DNA of 64,000 nt from Magallana gigas (GCF_963853765.1 NC_088860.1:6262001-6326000); one strand, 5' to 3'; shown: positions 38,958 to 52,224, numbered from the stretch's first letter. Program-made: numbers and translations. The notes: generated from the letters alone by a model not told the origin.

Positions 38958-39026
38958 TCTGATTGGTCATCCAACACTTCATTGACAGCAATGCTGTTTG
39001 TAATGAAGGTCTTCATTAGTTCAGTT
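38958..39026 (-). promoter_or_regulatory. SECIS element (type II) in the SELENOT 3'UTR
   Basis: Minus strand reads ..CTA AUGAA GACCUUCAUUAC AAA CAGC-AUU-GCUG UC AAUGAAGUGUU GGAU GACCAAUCAG. Core AUGA/GA quartet, 12-nt spacing to the AAA, CUUCAUU/AAUGAAG stem, and an apical ministem. Confidence 0.88.
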
Positions 39027-39585
39027 TCTGCTCTTCTACTACTGTTAGTGAATCAGGCAATGTTGTTACTTGAGGACTGAAAAATAAAAGTAAAATCCAA
39101 TTTAATTTGTATTTAAATATTAATTCTAATTGTATTGGTTGTTGCCATATTGAAGTTCTCCAATACACTGCAAAAGTCTTTAAAGATAAACAGAACAGAT
39201 ATACATTTCCAACTTGCACTAGATGAACAAAAATGCTCAAATGTACAGTATAACCGAGATTTAAAGGTCAGAGTTAACTTAAGAGTAATACATTAATCAT
39301 CATTAATAAATCTACATGGTTATAAAACAATTCATCACTTTCCTAATGAAATTATTCTGCATCTGATCATTCAAAAATAAATGATGCTATCAAAAACCTT
39401 AATTGAAAGTATAAGAAAATTCATGACATTTGGGAAACTTGAGTTAAAGAAATGAATACCTTATAGATTATAGATAACTCATTGACTCTTCTTGAAGAGG
39501 GATAATAGTGTTATTTCAAATAACTGTTTATAAATATAAAAATAAAGTCCACAAATGATAGTTTACCTAGCATGTCTGTAGACTT

Positions 39586-42038
39586 TTATTGCCCAGGATT
39601 TGTGTATAAACGCATGTGGTTTTCAATGATCTGAAACATCTCATTCGGTTGAGGTATTCTCCCCGTTTCTAATTTTGACCACACAGGAACATCTACAAGA
39701 AAAATTTTACATTTAAACTGAGCAAACATAGGAACAGCTTTAAATTACATGTACTATTTAATATTCATCATTGATATATATATCATTATATAATTACGAA
39801 TACCAGTATAATATAGAAATGTACAATTGTTTGGAGTCATTACCATTAAAAGTGACCTCAAAGGCACCAGTTGAAATCATTTGCCCTTCAATGGCATTAC
39901 TGATGAAAAACACCATGAGACATGCATAAATCTGTAAAGAAGAATTAAATAAATTTTAATAGGTACAGTACAAAGTTGTCCTTCAAATGAAATGAAGTTG
40001 CCAATATCTACCATAATTTTGATTTTAGTCATTTTAAGGAATCAAAAACTCTCTAATAGCACACAAAACAGGATATAATTTAGTATATTGTATTTTTTGC
40101 AATGTGAAAGTGATTGCGGAAAAAAAACCCAAAAAATTTATCATCAGAAAATTAACATATTTAAGAAATAAACAACGTTATTTAGTGAACATGGCGTTAT
40201 GAATAGCAATTGCTCTGCTGGCATATTCCATGATGCGCGCTAGCGCATCATGGAAAATATGCCAGCAGAGCAGTTGCTATTCATAACGCCATGTACACTA
40301 AATAATCGTTGTTTATTACTTATATTTGCATTTTACCACTCGCAAATACCCTGTATTAGCCTAGACCTTGACATTTAGCTATTGCATCAAAAATAAACAT
40401 TCAGACTGTAATGTATCTTTTTAATTCACATAGATTTGTTAACAAAATCAATGATATGTTATAACAGTAATTCTTTTAAAATATTATTATAAGACAGGTT
40501 TTAATATTAAATACATCAATTTTATGGAGTTGGAGAAAAACACATCATGTATCGTATAGTGGTTTAAATCTATAACGTCATGGAAAAGTATATATAACGT
40601 TACACCTTTATGACGTCATAGTATACTGACAGAGCAATTGCGATTATAGAGAAATAATTGCAGCTCCTTCGTATGGGCTTACAGTGGGAAAGAACAATGG
40701 AAATGCAAATATATATATATAAATTCCAAAGATTTAACACTCTTGCTGTAAATTTTGATATGAATGTAATATTTATTAAGTACCTTATTTTCTGTGGCCC
40801 AATTGAATAAACTGGGTGTCTCCATATTTAAATGAGGAAATGGATTTTGACCACTGACGATCATAACAATGACAAAAAGTTTAAAGATGCTAAGGAATTG
40901 AGCAACAGCAGCGCGACCCGAGGGTGGGGGATAATTGTCACCCTGGATGTCAAGCGCTGGGAATCGCTCGTGGAGAAGCTGGGCATATTGGTCAAAGACC
41001 TTCCTGTACCCTCAGGAGAAGCTGTAAAGAAAAAATTTGAAAACATTTATATTCAATCTTTCTCATTATGTGGTTGCATGGATCTATTGAGTATTATCCA
41101 TTCTTTCTACATACATTGTAATTAGTCTATTAAATTAGATCTTATTCATATAGTCACTGACAAAGCCAAGTCAGTATGAGGTATGAATGGGGGGGGGGGG
41201 GTGTGACAGACCTTCAATATATGGGAAGTTAGCCGTTATTTCTGTGCAACTGTGACGTGTAATAGGTATAATACTGCCAGGCTTTTACTAGCATTGATAA
41301 AATCTCAATATCTTATAATATAGTTTAGATAAAGTAATTATAATATACTGAAGAAAGACTGAAAGAAAGAGAGATAAATATTTTATGAAAACAGATTTCT
41401 TTGGTGCTTCATATGGGCTACAAATGTATTTGTAGCAATCACTGCAGAAAATAATTGCATTAACTGCTCGCAGATTATGGTTATGCAATGCTCACTACTT
41501 CAGCATCAAAAATACTGCTGTCATAAAAGGTAAATTCTTAAAATTACAGATCAATCAACAAACAGTGAAATTTTAAAGTTAATTCATGTTAAGTTAGTTG
41601 AAAGTATGTGTTATGAGGAATTCACCTTTTGTACAAAAATCAATATTTTGGCTTTTTTGTTGTACAAAGGTCAAAAACAGTAACATCTGCTTACATTTAC
41701 TGTATGTGAAGAGTAGGTATAAAACTCGTAAAGAGAAGAATAACAGCAGTACCTTATCTTATCATTAATAAAACAAGATGGGAGTTTTTATTTTCACTTC
41801 TTCCTATACACTATATTGGCTTTCAAATGTCAAACTATACACTGTAGAAGTTTCGTGAACATTACAATCCTTACCAAAACATAAATTTGAGCGTCGGTCC
41901 AGCGAATTTGGACAGTTTAGGTGCCTTGATGTCCTTTTCTATGTTAGTTTGTTCAGTATGACTTAAATCTCTCCATGTTAAGAATATTAGCGCCGAAAAC
42001 ACGAATACCATAGATAGCTGACCCATTCTGTCAGCCAT
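39586..42038 (-). CDS. SELENOT: Selenoprotein T (198 aa, Sec58 encoded by UGA at 41014-41012). Exons 42038-41875, 41021-40784, 39931-39844, 39692-39586
   Basis: MADRMGQLSMVFVFSALIFL...GPTLKFMFCFSUGYRKVFDQY...IQGDNYPPP...ENKIYACLMVFFISNAIEGQMISTGAFEVTFNDVPVWSKLETGRIP...PGQ* matches the SelT family (CxxU, Rdx fold). All junctions are GT-AG and in frame (597 nt). A 3'UTR intron at 39566-39077 precedes the SECIS exon. Confidence 0.96.
40160..40325. repeat. Near-perfect ~160-bp foldback palindrome in SELENOT intron 2
   Basis: AATAAACAACGTTATTTAGTGAACATGGCGTTATGAATAGCAATTGCTCTGCTGGCATATTCCATGATGCGC-GCTA-GCGCATCATGGAAAATATGCCAGCAGAGCAGTTGCTATTCATAACGCCATGTACACTAAATAATCGTTGTTTATT. Confidence 0.9.
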
Positions 42039-43219
42039 TACTGGCCGGAAGTGTGACGCGGGAAGGCATAATTACCCAAAAGGCATGGAAAACTGAAACG
42101 ATAATGAAGACAGATAAAAAAAATCACAGATAATACTTTTTTAAAAAAGTAAATAAATATAATAACTAAGAAAAATACATATACTATTTTCATATAATAC
42201 CTATCTGTAAAAATAAGTATATATTGAGTCAATACTTCAATTAAATTTCATCTCACAGAATTTATTATATAATTAGGACAAACGTTTGGAATTACACATT
42301 TTTTTTTTTCAATTGATATAAAATGCAATACAATTTCTTGAATAGGGTTTTCATACAAATTGCGATCCGATATGTTAAAATTTTGCCAAGTGTGGGCACG
42401 CATGAAGATTAATGAAAATCCATTTCCTATGAAAAAAACTTTTTTTTGCAGACAAAGAAAATAAATTTCTAAAATTTCAATTGTATTTGTATGTTATGTA
42501 GTACATCTAAAATTGATTCATTTAAAATTAGCTTCAATCAGTAATTCCAGTACTTTGATTTTTAATTGCTTTCTTAATTCAGTCTACAAGAGCTTGCATA
42601 AAGAGGTTGTATAAATAGTCATGATCAAATTTAGACCATAAGAAACTCACCGAGACAAAGAGGTCTGTGTAACAGATAATAGGTAAATATTTTTTTATTA
42701 AATGTTCAAGCAAAAATTAACATAGGGATTTTCCCTTCTAAATAGAATTTATGGCAAAAAATCATATATTAGTATAACGGCAGATCTGATGTGTAATTTG
42801 TTGATAACCCAGCCTCCTTTATTGGAAAAATAAATTAAAGTAAAAATTTAAGTAAGTATCTAAGAAATCAGTCGCACCCATACAGGGCCTTTTGCAGATA
42901 TCATTGACTAATACATGTACCTGCTCTAGAAGCCCACCTTGGTCTGTTGAAAAAATTTACGTTCTTTGCTTGAAGCTTGAAAATCTTTTGAAATTTAAGT
43001 ATTTTGCATAAACTTCAAGTTAAAAAGTATCGATTTTTGGAAATGTCTTTTCCTTTTATCAACACAAAAGCCATCTTGTAGTTCATTCTCATTGTTCTGA
43101 AACACCTGCTTCTATATTCATTTATTAGTATACTTCAGTTTTTCACTCCATAAATTCATTGAGTTTTCCATACTTCTATTTACCAAATGTAAAGACAGCT
43201 TCTATTTTTTTTTTTTGGT

Positions 43220-43257
<38 letters not shown>

Positions 43258-44232
43258 ACAAATAGATGTACTTATACATAAGGCCGAATGAACAATCTTC
43301 AGTATTATTTTTTTTACCATGCTTCAACACATGTACACATTTTGTAAATGAATGCAAGGTTTGTTTGCACGTATTATATGTATAATTTACATCTACCGAG
43401 TATAATTCCTTCTTTTTCTTACGGAAATTGTCAAATTGATTGTACATTCATAGCGCGGTAGAAACTGAGAGGACTGAAATCTACACGCCCCGTTTATCGA
43501 TTGGTCGAAACCTTCAGCAACCTAAGAAAAATCACGGACTGCACGAAATAATCAAAGTCCTATAGAAGACGATGTGGCTGGGTTTTTTTTTTCTTTTGGT
43601 GTTTTTGTTTTGTTGTTGTTGTTGGGTTTTTTTTTTGTCTAACATACTGATGTACAATGACATTAATAAAGTTAATTTCTCTTACTTTTTGCGATTAATT
43701 TATTAATTTGTTAAAACAAATGTAAATATAAACAATAAAATGCTTTCTTTGGTAGATTCATTCCATACGGATTATGAAAGTAGCGATCATTGCAGGAAAA
43801 AGTTACTTAACCCGCAAACGCGGGTTATATATGTATTTTTTCTGCATGGTTGCCACCTTCATAACCGCATGATTCTATACAAGAAAGTATAATAATACAA
43901 CGCATAATCATATCTACAACGAATAAATGCAGTTGTAAGCGTTCATTTAACTTGATAACTTTAATATGTCCTAGTTAACGTTAACTCCAGTTGTGCACAG
44001 ACAGCTGCACTAATAACACTCAATATGTGTAAGTTGTAATTGGGTTTCAATAATTCCCCATTTTGCTCTCTATGAAACCTATATATAATCTTATATCCGA
44101 CATAGAAATACTCACTCTTAGTCCATAGGCACCTGAACGACGTTTTGAGATTTTCTCAAAATAATAAAACAATCCCCATACTAAATAATACTTATAGAGG
44201 GTTTATATTTTTTAATATATAAAATATACATC

Positions 44233-45321
44233 GCCCGTTTCACAAAACATACTTAGGACTAAGTTATATCTTAGGAAAGAACTTTTTCCTAAGTTCATTA
44301 CTTCACTATTCCAGTCTTATCTAATGAAATTCCTAAGTTACAATGTATGTCTTAACTTTAAGACAGGTAAATCGATGTCTTAGGAACAAACTTAACATGC
44401 TGGTTTGCTGTTTCACTAAGAAATTGTCGCCTTTTATCCTCGCTTTCTCTATCAGCTAAGGTGCATTTATTTGCGATGTTTCCTTTTCTTAAAAAAAGAA
44501 ACCCTATTCTTATATCAACCATTAGGCCTACAAGAAAACACGCGTTACATTAAACTTAGTTTAAAAGTTCCACATCTTTCCATTCTAAATCCTCCTTGTC
44601 ACTGCATGTGGGTATTGTATTCTATTTCAAAATATACCGTAAGATATAGTAAATTAAACTCATAATATTTGGATATCTCAACGGATATTTATAATTTAGG
44701 ATTTAGCATATCTGTATTTGTTAACGTGGACTATTTACAATGGATAAACTGGACAAAAAATGAATTCGGTCATTTATAAAGAATAACAGAAATTCTAGCA
44801 GTGACAAATGTTATCAAATGATTCATGCTGTCAAGAATTATATGTACATGCAGCAAAAAACAAGAAATATACTGCGATCTCTCAAATTAAAAAAATACCG
44901 TTTTCAAAGAATAAACGGTATTATTACGTTATTTTTATCTACTCGTGTATGCACGTGAAGGTAAATTTTTATGCAAAATTTCAGGACATGCACATAGGCA
45001 CTACACTATTTGCACTCCATTTACACGATTAAACTTTTTTTCCTAATTGATAAGGGAATGTGTTTTTACGTTTACTTAGAAAGTTTACACTCGTGCCATA
45101 TTGAAAAGAATTTACATGATCGATATAAGTTAGGAATAAACGAAATGATTTAAAAGTGGCTTACAATGTATCTTAAGATAAGATTTAGTCAACTGCGCTA
45201 CGCTAAGAAAGTTTTGTGAAACAGCTATGACAAATCTTAGGAACTTCCTAAGTTATAACTTAGGCATATCTTATGTTCTATCTTAGGAAACATCTTAAGA
45301 AATCTTTGTGAAACGGGCCCC
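44233..45321. mobile_element. Harbinger-like MITE with TIRs related to those of the 29766-32519 element
   Basis: GCCCGTTTCACAAA / TTTGTGAAACGGGC termini and internal CCTAAG/CTTAGG repeats near both ends. Confidence 0.7.
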
Positions 45322-45827
45322 CGGTGCTTGTCTTAGTCTTCAATGATCTGCAATGTCGTTTAAATTTCTGATGAGTTAATGATGACAACTTTTCCACGAG
45401 CACACAGTGGAATTCCCTGTTGGTTCACTTTTATAAATGAAAGCAGTCGTATGTGATTTAAACTTAAGTCTACCTAAACAAAGTCTATACAAAAGGTGTC
45501 AACATGGGTTTTAGATCTATTTGGTTTCTCGACACACCGGAAGTGTGTATTTGCTTGTACGACCGCTTGTCAAAGAGTACTTTTGGTTGAGAATTTTTTA
45601 TTATCAAACAACAGTTATTCCAGTACCTTGACATGTATATACAAACATCATATACCAATGTGTATAGCTGTTACAGATATATCGTTTTCATAAACTAGTC
45701 TGAAAAGTAAATGGTCGTGTTTTGAATTAATTTTAAGCCTCTGTCGGTCTCGAAATATCCAGTAATTTTCATCATAATCGGGAGATTCCGCGCGAGCTGG
45801 CAGCCTCTGGGTCCAGAGTGTGAAACC

Positions 45828-47018
45828 ATGTCTCTGGAAAACCGTATCATTCACGCTGTTCTGGACAAACACGAGGGATTTCTCCGGCGCCATCTTGTTC
45901 TCTCGCCGGACGTCGTCGACAAGCTCCGACAAAGGTTCGTCATTACGAACAGCACCAAAGAGAGGCTAAACAAGGTACATTAACAAAGGGTTTATTTAAA
46001 ATTTAATCAAGTACATGTACTACAGAATTAAAATGTTCATTAATTTAAATCAAAATTTGAATATATAACTGTATAATGAACCAAAGTTTTGTAAGGAAAT
46101 ATACTTCATGACCATTGGCGATTTAAGGTGTAATGCGTGCTAACAAAAATATTCCTAAATCGATGATTTCCAATTATCGTTTTTCATAAAGTTATTGCGG
46201 GGTTGGGCAACGATTTGTCCCAATGCTCGATAAATATTGCCATTGATAATCTATCTTAGCATGCAAAAAGGCCAGCTATCAGTGATAATGAGAAGATATT
46301 TCGTGATTGTCCCCAATAGGTTTCCTCAGATGTCCAAGTCACTCTTGTAATTGACATTCTTCGTCGCCGTGGAATTCGAACTTTGGCCAAGTTTCTGCAC
46401 ATTCTCAAAGATTCATTAGATGGTTGGATCGCAGACAAGATATTGTGTACCGACCTTCGGATACTCAGTAAATACATTCTCACAGACGAGAGGACACTTA
46501 GTGATTACATCATCAGGGTATGCGGTCCCCCTACTCCCGAACCAATCTTACAACCAGTTAAGAAAACCGTCATTAAAGAAGAAACCAAACCAAAACGACC
46601 AAAAACACCCCCTGAACCACAAAGAAACAAAAAAGAGAACGACCTGTTTCATACACTCCCTCAACCTACGAAAATAGCGGAGGTTCCGGGACAGGTTCAG
46701 AATCTTCACCGCGTGTTTGAGGAGAGGCGGCTACAGATTGGGAGTACACTGTCCATCCTCAAACAGGAAGAGCAGGCGATCAAGGACATCCTGGAGAAGA
46801 ACGTCAACGAACAGCGCCATCTGAACAAAAACCAACAGGCCATCTACGACATCAGCAGACGACTCCAGTCCATCCACCACGAGGCGGGACAGCTTCTGAA
46901 ATCGGCGCCCTCTGGCGTCATTGTGCGCAATAGGCTGGACTATTTGCACGGAGTTCCGTGGAATTCTGTCAAAGTCAATGAACACGACATTGAATGGCGA
47001 ACGAACGAAAGAGATTGA
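45828..47018 (+). CDS. CARD (death-fold) + Pro/Lys-rich linker + coiled-coil protein (281 aa). Exons 45828-45974 and 46320-47018
   Basis: MSLENRIIHAVLDKHEGFLRRHLVLSPDVVDKLRQRFVITNSTKERLNK|VSSDVQVTLVIDILRRRGIRTLAKFLHILKDSLDGWIADKIL has a CARD-like helix pattern. Phase-0 GT-AG intron. Heptad-rich C-terminal segment. Confidence 0.75.
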
Positions 47019-47573
47019 TGATTAAGAAAGCCTTGAATATACATGTATTTATGATGTAGTCGTGTACAGCAGTTGTTCCTCCGATCAACACATATGCATT
47101 GTATCCAATTTATAAATATATTTTCATTGCATGTACATGCATCACATTTTAAACATCATATTTAAAGTTTTAAAAAAAATTCATCGCAAATACTTATGTA
47201 AGATTTTATGTTCATCGTGTTAATTATACAATTTATCAAGGTACATTTAAAAGAAGAAAGATTAATTTTTTAAAGGGTTGTGCTAAATATAACTTAGTAC
47301 TTAGTGTCACATTCTACAAAATGTTTTCAATCATGCATTTCTTTTCAAAAATATCATAACAAATAAATTGTAATAGAAAAAAGTTGTTCAACATATTCCT
47401 GATGCTGAAATCATTAAAACAGTTTTAATTTCAGATGTACATGTAGACGCTGCATGCGTGCCGATCGTGGATCTGCTTTTAAAAGCCTACAAAAAATGAA
47501 CCCTAACCAACAGGGCTATACATGGAATAAATAATGGAGTAAACCCCATAAAAGCGGCTTTCTGAAGCAAGCG

Positions 47574-48668
47574 TTAATGCAGATAAATGACAGAGTCCAA
47601 TAGCTCCTTCAACGATCTCTGTAAATCGCCATAATTCACTGACAATTCTCTCAGACTGTGATGAATGTGTTGTAACATTTTAAAACACTCGCCAGGAAAG
47701 GCATCGGGTGTTAATAGATTCGTGAAGAATAATTCGTTTGCTTTTTCTATATTTCGCTTTGCATTATGCCCGGTACACAGTCCCATTTCGCACTTCAAGT
47801 TGTAGGAGCAGGGGGGTTTCTGTGTGTTGCTCTCGATAGAGTACGCATCACAGGAGGGTTCTATATTATCTACGTCATCTAAGTCAATCATCTTTATTGT
47901 ACTGTTTACCATCAAGAAATGTTCCATTTTAAAGTCTCTCACTCTCAGTGACCCGAGAGGGGAGGTGGCTAAATATTGAAAAAATGAAACGAGATGAAGA
48001 GACTGGCGAACTTTATTCTCCGTCGAAAGGCTTTTTAATTTTCCCACTGAGAGAATGGTGCCCCTCTCGTAGACCGCGATCACGCCATGTTCTGACAAGT
48101 CCGTACTGTCGGATTCCTCGCTACGAGCACAGAATCCTAACAGTCGTAAGAAACCTTCGTGTTTAAGCTGGTGTAGCATTAGAATTTCCTTCATTAGTTT
48201 CATCGTTGGAAACACAAAACACTTTGAGCGTTTTACTACATCAGACGAATCACTACCGAGTAACTCATTCAAACACTCCCGAGCCTCTTTCTGGTGTCGC
48301 GTCACCATTTTAACCACCACTTCCTCGCCTTTGTAAAGTCCAAGAAACGCTTGTTTCGTAACTCCATGTCCAATCTTTTCCAACAGTTTGATATGTTTGA
48401 TATTTTGACAGTTGAATTTAATGTTGTTTTGGCATTTAGATTCATATTCCTCACAATATGTGGTTGAATTATTTTCAAGAAAGTCAACAGAACCAGCTCT
48501 TTTAAAGTTAGAAAAATTTGCTTTCAAAGTGGGAAAACTATCTCCGGTGATACCATTTTCTTCGTGATCCGGAACATTTGTAATAAGGTCAAATATAATG
48601 GCAAAGTACATATATAACATAAAGGGTATAACTAACATTGTACAGTGTAATATACTTCTCCTCGTCAT
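47574..48668 (-). CDS. PKDCC: PKDCC/VLK-like secretory-pathway (extracellular) tyrosine kinase, single coding exon (364 aa)
   Basis: N-terminal hydrophobic anchor, GHGVTKQAF Gly loop, VVVK lysine, KLMKEILML helix C, SPLGSLRVRDFK catalytic loop, IDLDD in place of DFG, and a Cys-rich tail. These match PKDCC-family hallmarks. One-to-one orthology is not established. Confidence 0.8.
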   Translation of the reverse strand: MTRRSILHCTMLVIPFMLYMYFAIIFDLITNVPDHEENGITGDSFPTLKANFSNFKRAGSVDFLENNSTTYCEEYESKCQNNIKFNCQNIKHIKLLEKIGHGVTKQAFLGLYKGEEVVVKMVTRHQKEARECLNELLGSDSSDVVKRSKCFVFPTMKLMKEILMLHQLKHEGFLRLLGFCARSEESDSTDLSEHGVIAVYERGTILSVGKLKSLSTENKVRQSLHLVSFFQYLATSPLGSLRVRDFKMEHFLMVNSTIKMIDLDDVDNIEPSCDAYSIESNTQKPPCSYNLKCEMGLCTGHNAKRNIEKANELFFTNLLTPDAFPGECFKMLQHIHHSLRELSVNYGDLQRSLKELLDSVIYLH

Positions 48669-51600
48669 TGCGCGTGCATTTTAAAAAATCCGGAGTGAAA
48701 CAGCAAAGTTTTATACTCACATTCTTTGTCATAAACTCTGAAGTTCCAGATATATATATATATATATAAATATAACAATTCAAAAGAGCTTCAATCCAAC
48801 ACTAAATGGTGAAATACTTTTAAAAACAACGTTTTTGTCGCAGATGTAGGAAACAACAAGAAGAAATGAAAACTGTTAGGATATTTACCAAGCACCAACA
48901 AACGAGGATCTGCGAATTGGCGCGGTATTTTATCAAGATCTCCAAATGCAATCAAATGTCCTAGATTCCCCCTGTGACAAACATCGGGCCATTTGTCTGA
49001 CTGTGGATATCAATGTTTCGATGCTCTCGTTGATTAACTTCAAGAAAGAAAGTCGCGAGCGATACTTAATGCAATTATGATCCCCTCACTATAGGCGACA
49101 GCCACGCAGCGCTGTGGAAGAGGTGTCCACCAAAATAGGCGGATCGATCGGCATTAATTTTCCAAATATTTCTTCTTTTTTGTATTTACCAAATTATTAA
49201 TATTGTCTATCTAAATTATGCATAATAATACCATAGTCATACTCCCGAGATTTAGTATTGGGAAACGCTGATAGATGTAGCGGAGTCCACGGGTTAAAGA
49301 GCTTTATTGGCTTTTACGGGGATATCATTATTTTATAACATTGTCAACTTTTGGGATACGTGTTCATTATTCAATTTCTTGTCAGGATATGCGAGATCAC
49401 AGAACACCATTCTGGCGCCCGTTGCCTGAACTATATAGACCAACACTGAACTAATATCCCGAAGTCTTATTTGGAAATCTTGAATTATTTGTAATTTGAT
49501 TTCAGTACCGAAGAAAAAAAAGATCAACCAATTGCTCATTTGCTCTTTATAAATCTCATGAGTCTGATATAGCTCAAACCCTCTATACAATCGGGCGATG
49601 TGGAGTGTAAGGATTGTAAAAAAATGAATTGGTTTGTATCGAATTAACGGTAAAGAAATCAAATAAAATATTATGCATTATGAAAACTTTATCATGATAC
49701 TTTACAGTGTAAGTATTTGTAGTTTAACTTCATTTGTCCTTGTTTCCGTCTCTTCATGTTGCTGAGAGGACATTGAGAATTGTACATAGAATTGTACGTA
49801 CATGTAGTGTTGTACATTGTTATAAAAACTTTTTATTAGCTTTCTTTACCAGGCTGTAAACCATAAAATACAAGAACAAAATCTTTTCTTGTAATCGTTA
49901 TTGGAAAAGCCGCTACAGGTTTCCGCACGCTAAGCTGTATGATAAGGTTAAGCCACAGCTAGGCTGTTTGATGTATGACATTCATACCATTTACTAGTTA
50001 CATGTGTATATATACGGCACTTCACCATAGGGAAACAGCCAGGGTTGACTGTAATTACATACTGCAGAGGGAGCATTCCTTTAATTCACGCTATATTGTT
50101 CTCCAGGTTGCATTACCAACTGAGAAAACTTTATTGAAGGCATGTTACATGCAGTGATACAGAATTGGTCACGCCGGAAGAAAATAGACATTTGATATTT
50201 GATTACCAGTCATTCAATGCAAACATTATATGACATCTTTCTTCTTGTATTGCTATTATCAGAAATAAAACTATGTACTTTAAACAAAGATGCACTATTA
50301 AAAGACATACCGCAATGCAATACAGTAAAACTTGATTATGGAAAGTCCTTGGGTTTTTCTTTATCCGAAATTCGCTAGATATAATTTCCGCGTATAACAA
50401 ATTTATTCTTTCCGCCTATAATGAATTTGTTATAGAAATTATAACAAATTAACAATATACATGTTACCCGTTATGAATACCAGACGATTTTATCAAATCA
50501 TTAAATACAAAAAGTACAACGGAGAACTGGGTATATCAGATTGTAAAAAAATATTAATTCTTACGAAAAATAAGGTCAATTTTAATACTGTTAACTTCAA
50601 AAACTTTCAGCACTAGTAAATCATTTAAATTTCGTTATTTTTCAAGTTGATTGAACTCAAATCCAAGTTTAAGAACGATCTATATTGTATTAATATTGGT
50701 ACGAAATACCTGACGATGTCCTGGCTTTCTTTTACGATTTTGATATTTTACATGCAAAAAAAACCTATTGTTTATCAGTGTGATTATCAAAATGTGCAGT
50801 GAATTATTGAGTTTAAATATACATTTATTTAAAATCGAGCCTAGAATGCCGCTTCCAATTAGAGGCGCTGGATTTCAAGTTTTCGTAATGGCACCGGTTC
50901 TGACGGTTTCCTGGCATTTAAACTATCAAAATCGATAAAAAGGACAAGAAAACTTAAGTTATTTCAAACTTATTTGAATGAAGTTAGATCTTAAATCTTC
51001 ATCATAAATGAATCGTCACACTTTTACTAGTTGGTGTAATGGTTGTTTTATTTTATTAATGCATTTATTTATTGTTTTATTTATTTTTGGCTTGTTTGTT
51101 TCACAATGCACAGATTGAAATGTCAACATGGACCAGCTATTGTATGCGCTTAGCTGAAACATTTGAGAGAAACAGAAATAAATGTCATCAAAAGTTTCAA
51201 TCGACCAAGCAATACTTTGTTCCATAACGTATAGTACTGATGTATTAACGTTAGTTAATTTCACTTGATTTTACAATCAATTTATTAATTTGTTTAGAGA
51301 AATCTAAGAATGTAAATAGAATGCTTTCTTTAATGATTCATGTGGGTTATAAAAGTAGCAATCATTGCAGAAAAAAATGAATAACGCGATAACCTTCATA
51401 TCCCGCATTAAATCACCAAAGAAAGCATTTTATTGTTTAAGTATTTCTATATGATTATAGTATCTATCATAGTAAAACACCAGTATTATAGAAAATAGGG
51501 TAAATAGTAGAATGTATAAACGGCAGCGATTTGAATTGAATAGGGTCACCCTATCCAGTTACCTTCATTGATTATGCCACAATGTCACATGAAAAAAAAG

Positions 51601-52224
51601 GTATAATTCCACTGTATCTCAATCTCACATAAATTTTTTTTGGTTCAGTGAAGAATATTAATAAACTTGGGCTTTCTGCAGGAGGAAAGTTGTTATGTGT
51701 ATAGTTGGTAAAAGGTTAAGGAGGGATGGTAAGGAAGATAAAAATACTATACAGTATAACATACTTATAACAAAGTGCCAAGGATGATTGATTTTACTTT
51801 GTTATAAGCGTAATTCATTATATTCTTAAAGTTTACATCATAAAATAAAGTCACGGGGAATGAAAATCACTTCACTGTTAGCATCAATTCATTATAAGGG
51901 TATTCGCTATAACCATGTTTTACTGTACAACTTTTTCTGTTATTAAAAAAACCCATCATAATCGCTTTTTCTTCTGTATTTTATTATAAACAAGAAAAAC
52001 ATAAAATGGTAAAATAAATCCAGTAAAAAACATATACATGCATACAAATGGTTTAGTGTACACATATATGATTCCGTGTAGTATATATTTCATTAACAAA
52101 TATCTAAATGCAAAAACACTGGAAGCAAGTGTTTGGTCCATTAAAAAAACATTCAGCTTTTCCAATTATGTGCTATATTAGTGTTTCACATCTGCCCATC
52201 ATAACCTTTGACCCTTGACCTGCC

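Noticed and set aside
40832-41125. ORF-track ORFs 40832-41125 (+) and 40861-41046 (-)
   Set aside because: Antisense or wrong-frame readings of SELENOT exon 2. The true frame is interrupted by the Sec UGA.
49081-49100. CTCACTATAGGCGA, resembling a T7 promoter/vector sequence
   Set aside because: Only a partial match, with no flanking vector or polylinker sequence; chance similarity.
49333-49662. 109-aa ORF on the minus strand
   Set aside because: No recognisable motifs, splice context or coding-like composition.
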